This document shows, in pieces, positions 63,891-64,000 of a DNA stretch of 64,000 nt. Position 1 is the first letter of the stretch. Each line of letters begins with the position of its first letter. This DNA is from Epiperipatus broadwayi (Eukaryota > Animalia > Onychophora). The stretch covers positions 7,192,001 to 7,256,000 of the forward strand of contig JAQFVV010000009.1 of NCBI GenBank assembly GCA_028023455.1, given 5' to 3'. Below the pieces are notes generated by a model. The model was not told the origin of the DNA, ran no database searches, and saw only the letters and a program-made list of their open reading frames with translations. Position numbers and translations under genes: made by a program.

Positions 63891-64000
63891 TTGGGGGGGG
63901 TCCTGGCAGATATTTTAAATGCTGGCTCTGGTTAAGCATTTATCGCAAAGCTTATTGAGGAATTGGCAATCCTCATTGTTTATAACTTACAAGCTTAAGA

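Larger units (their letters stand above)
62949..64000. mobile_element. Second fold-back element of ~425-bp HHR-bearing tandem monomers (runs off the window end)
   Basis: caaaataagagtcatagatcacatgacc at 62955 and 63380 (period 425); left arm ends at 63741; 63742-64000 is the reverse complement of the monomer. Confidence 0.92.

Overview
Very AT-rich (roughly a quarter GC by eye), CpG-depleted metazoan (probably invertebrate) genomic DNA. One host gene is recognisable: five + strand exons of a DZIP1/DZIP1L (iguana) orthologue covering the Dzip-like N-terminal domain, coiled coil and C2H2 finger, with introns of about 7.9, 9.1 and 20.1 kb and 86 bp; the start and end of the gene were not identified. 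The introns are filled with transposons: a hAT (Charlie/SPIN, GTF2IRD2-like) relic, two Penelope-like elements (PLEs), three Mag/K02A2.6-type Ty3/gypsy elements, Tigger/pogo elements, a Merlin-like non-autonomous element, and LINE and mariner relics. The most striking pattern is a set of non-coding fold-back insertions. Two are built from ~471-bp and ~425-bp tandem monomers, each monomer carrying a minimal type I hammerhead ribozyme (HHR) motif with a palindromic stem III. Two shorter hairpin insertions have 13-bp target duplications and begin inside apparent HHR remnants. These resemble non-LTR retrozymes or non-autonomous PLE derivatives, with a recurring head-to-head architecture whose arms overlap in sequence. 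All structures were read by eye; no folding, alignment or database search was run.
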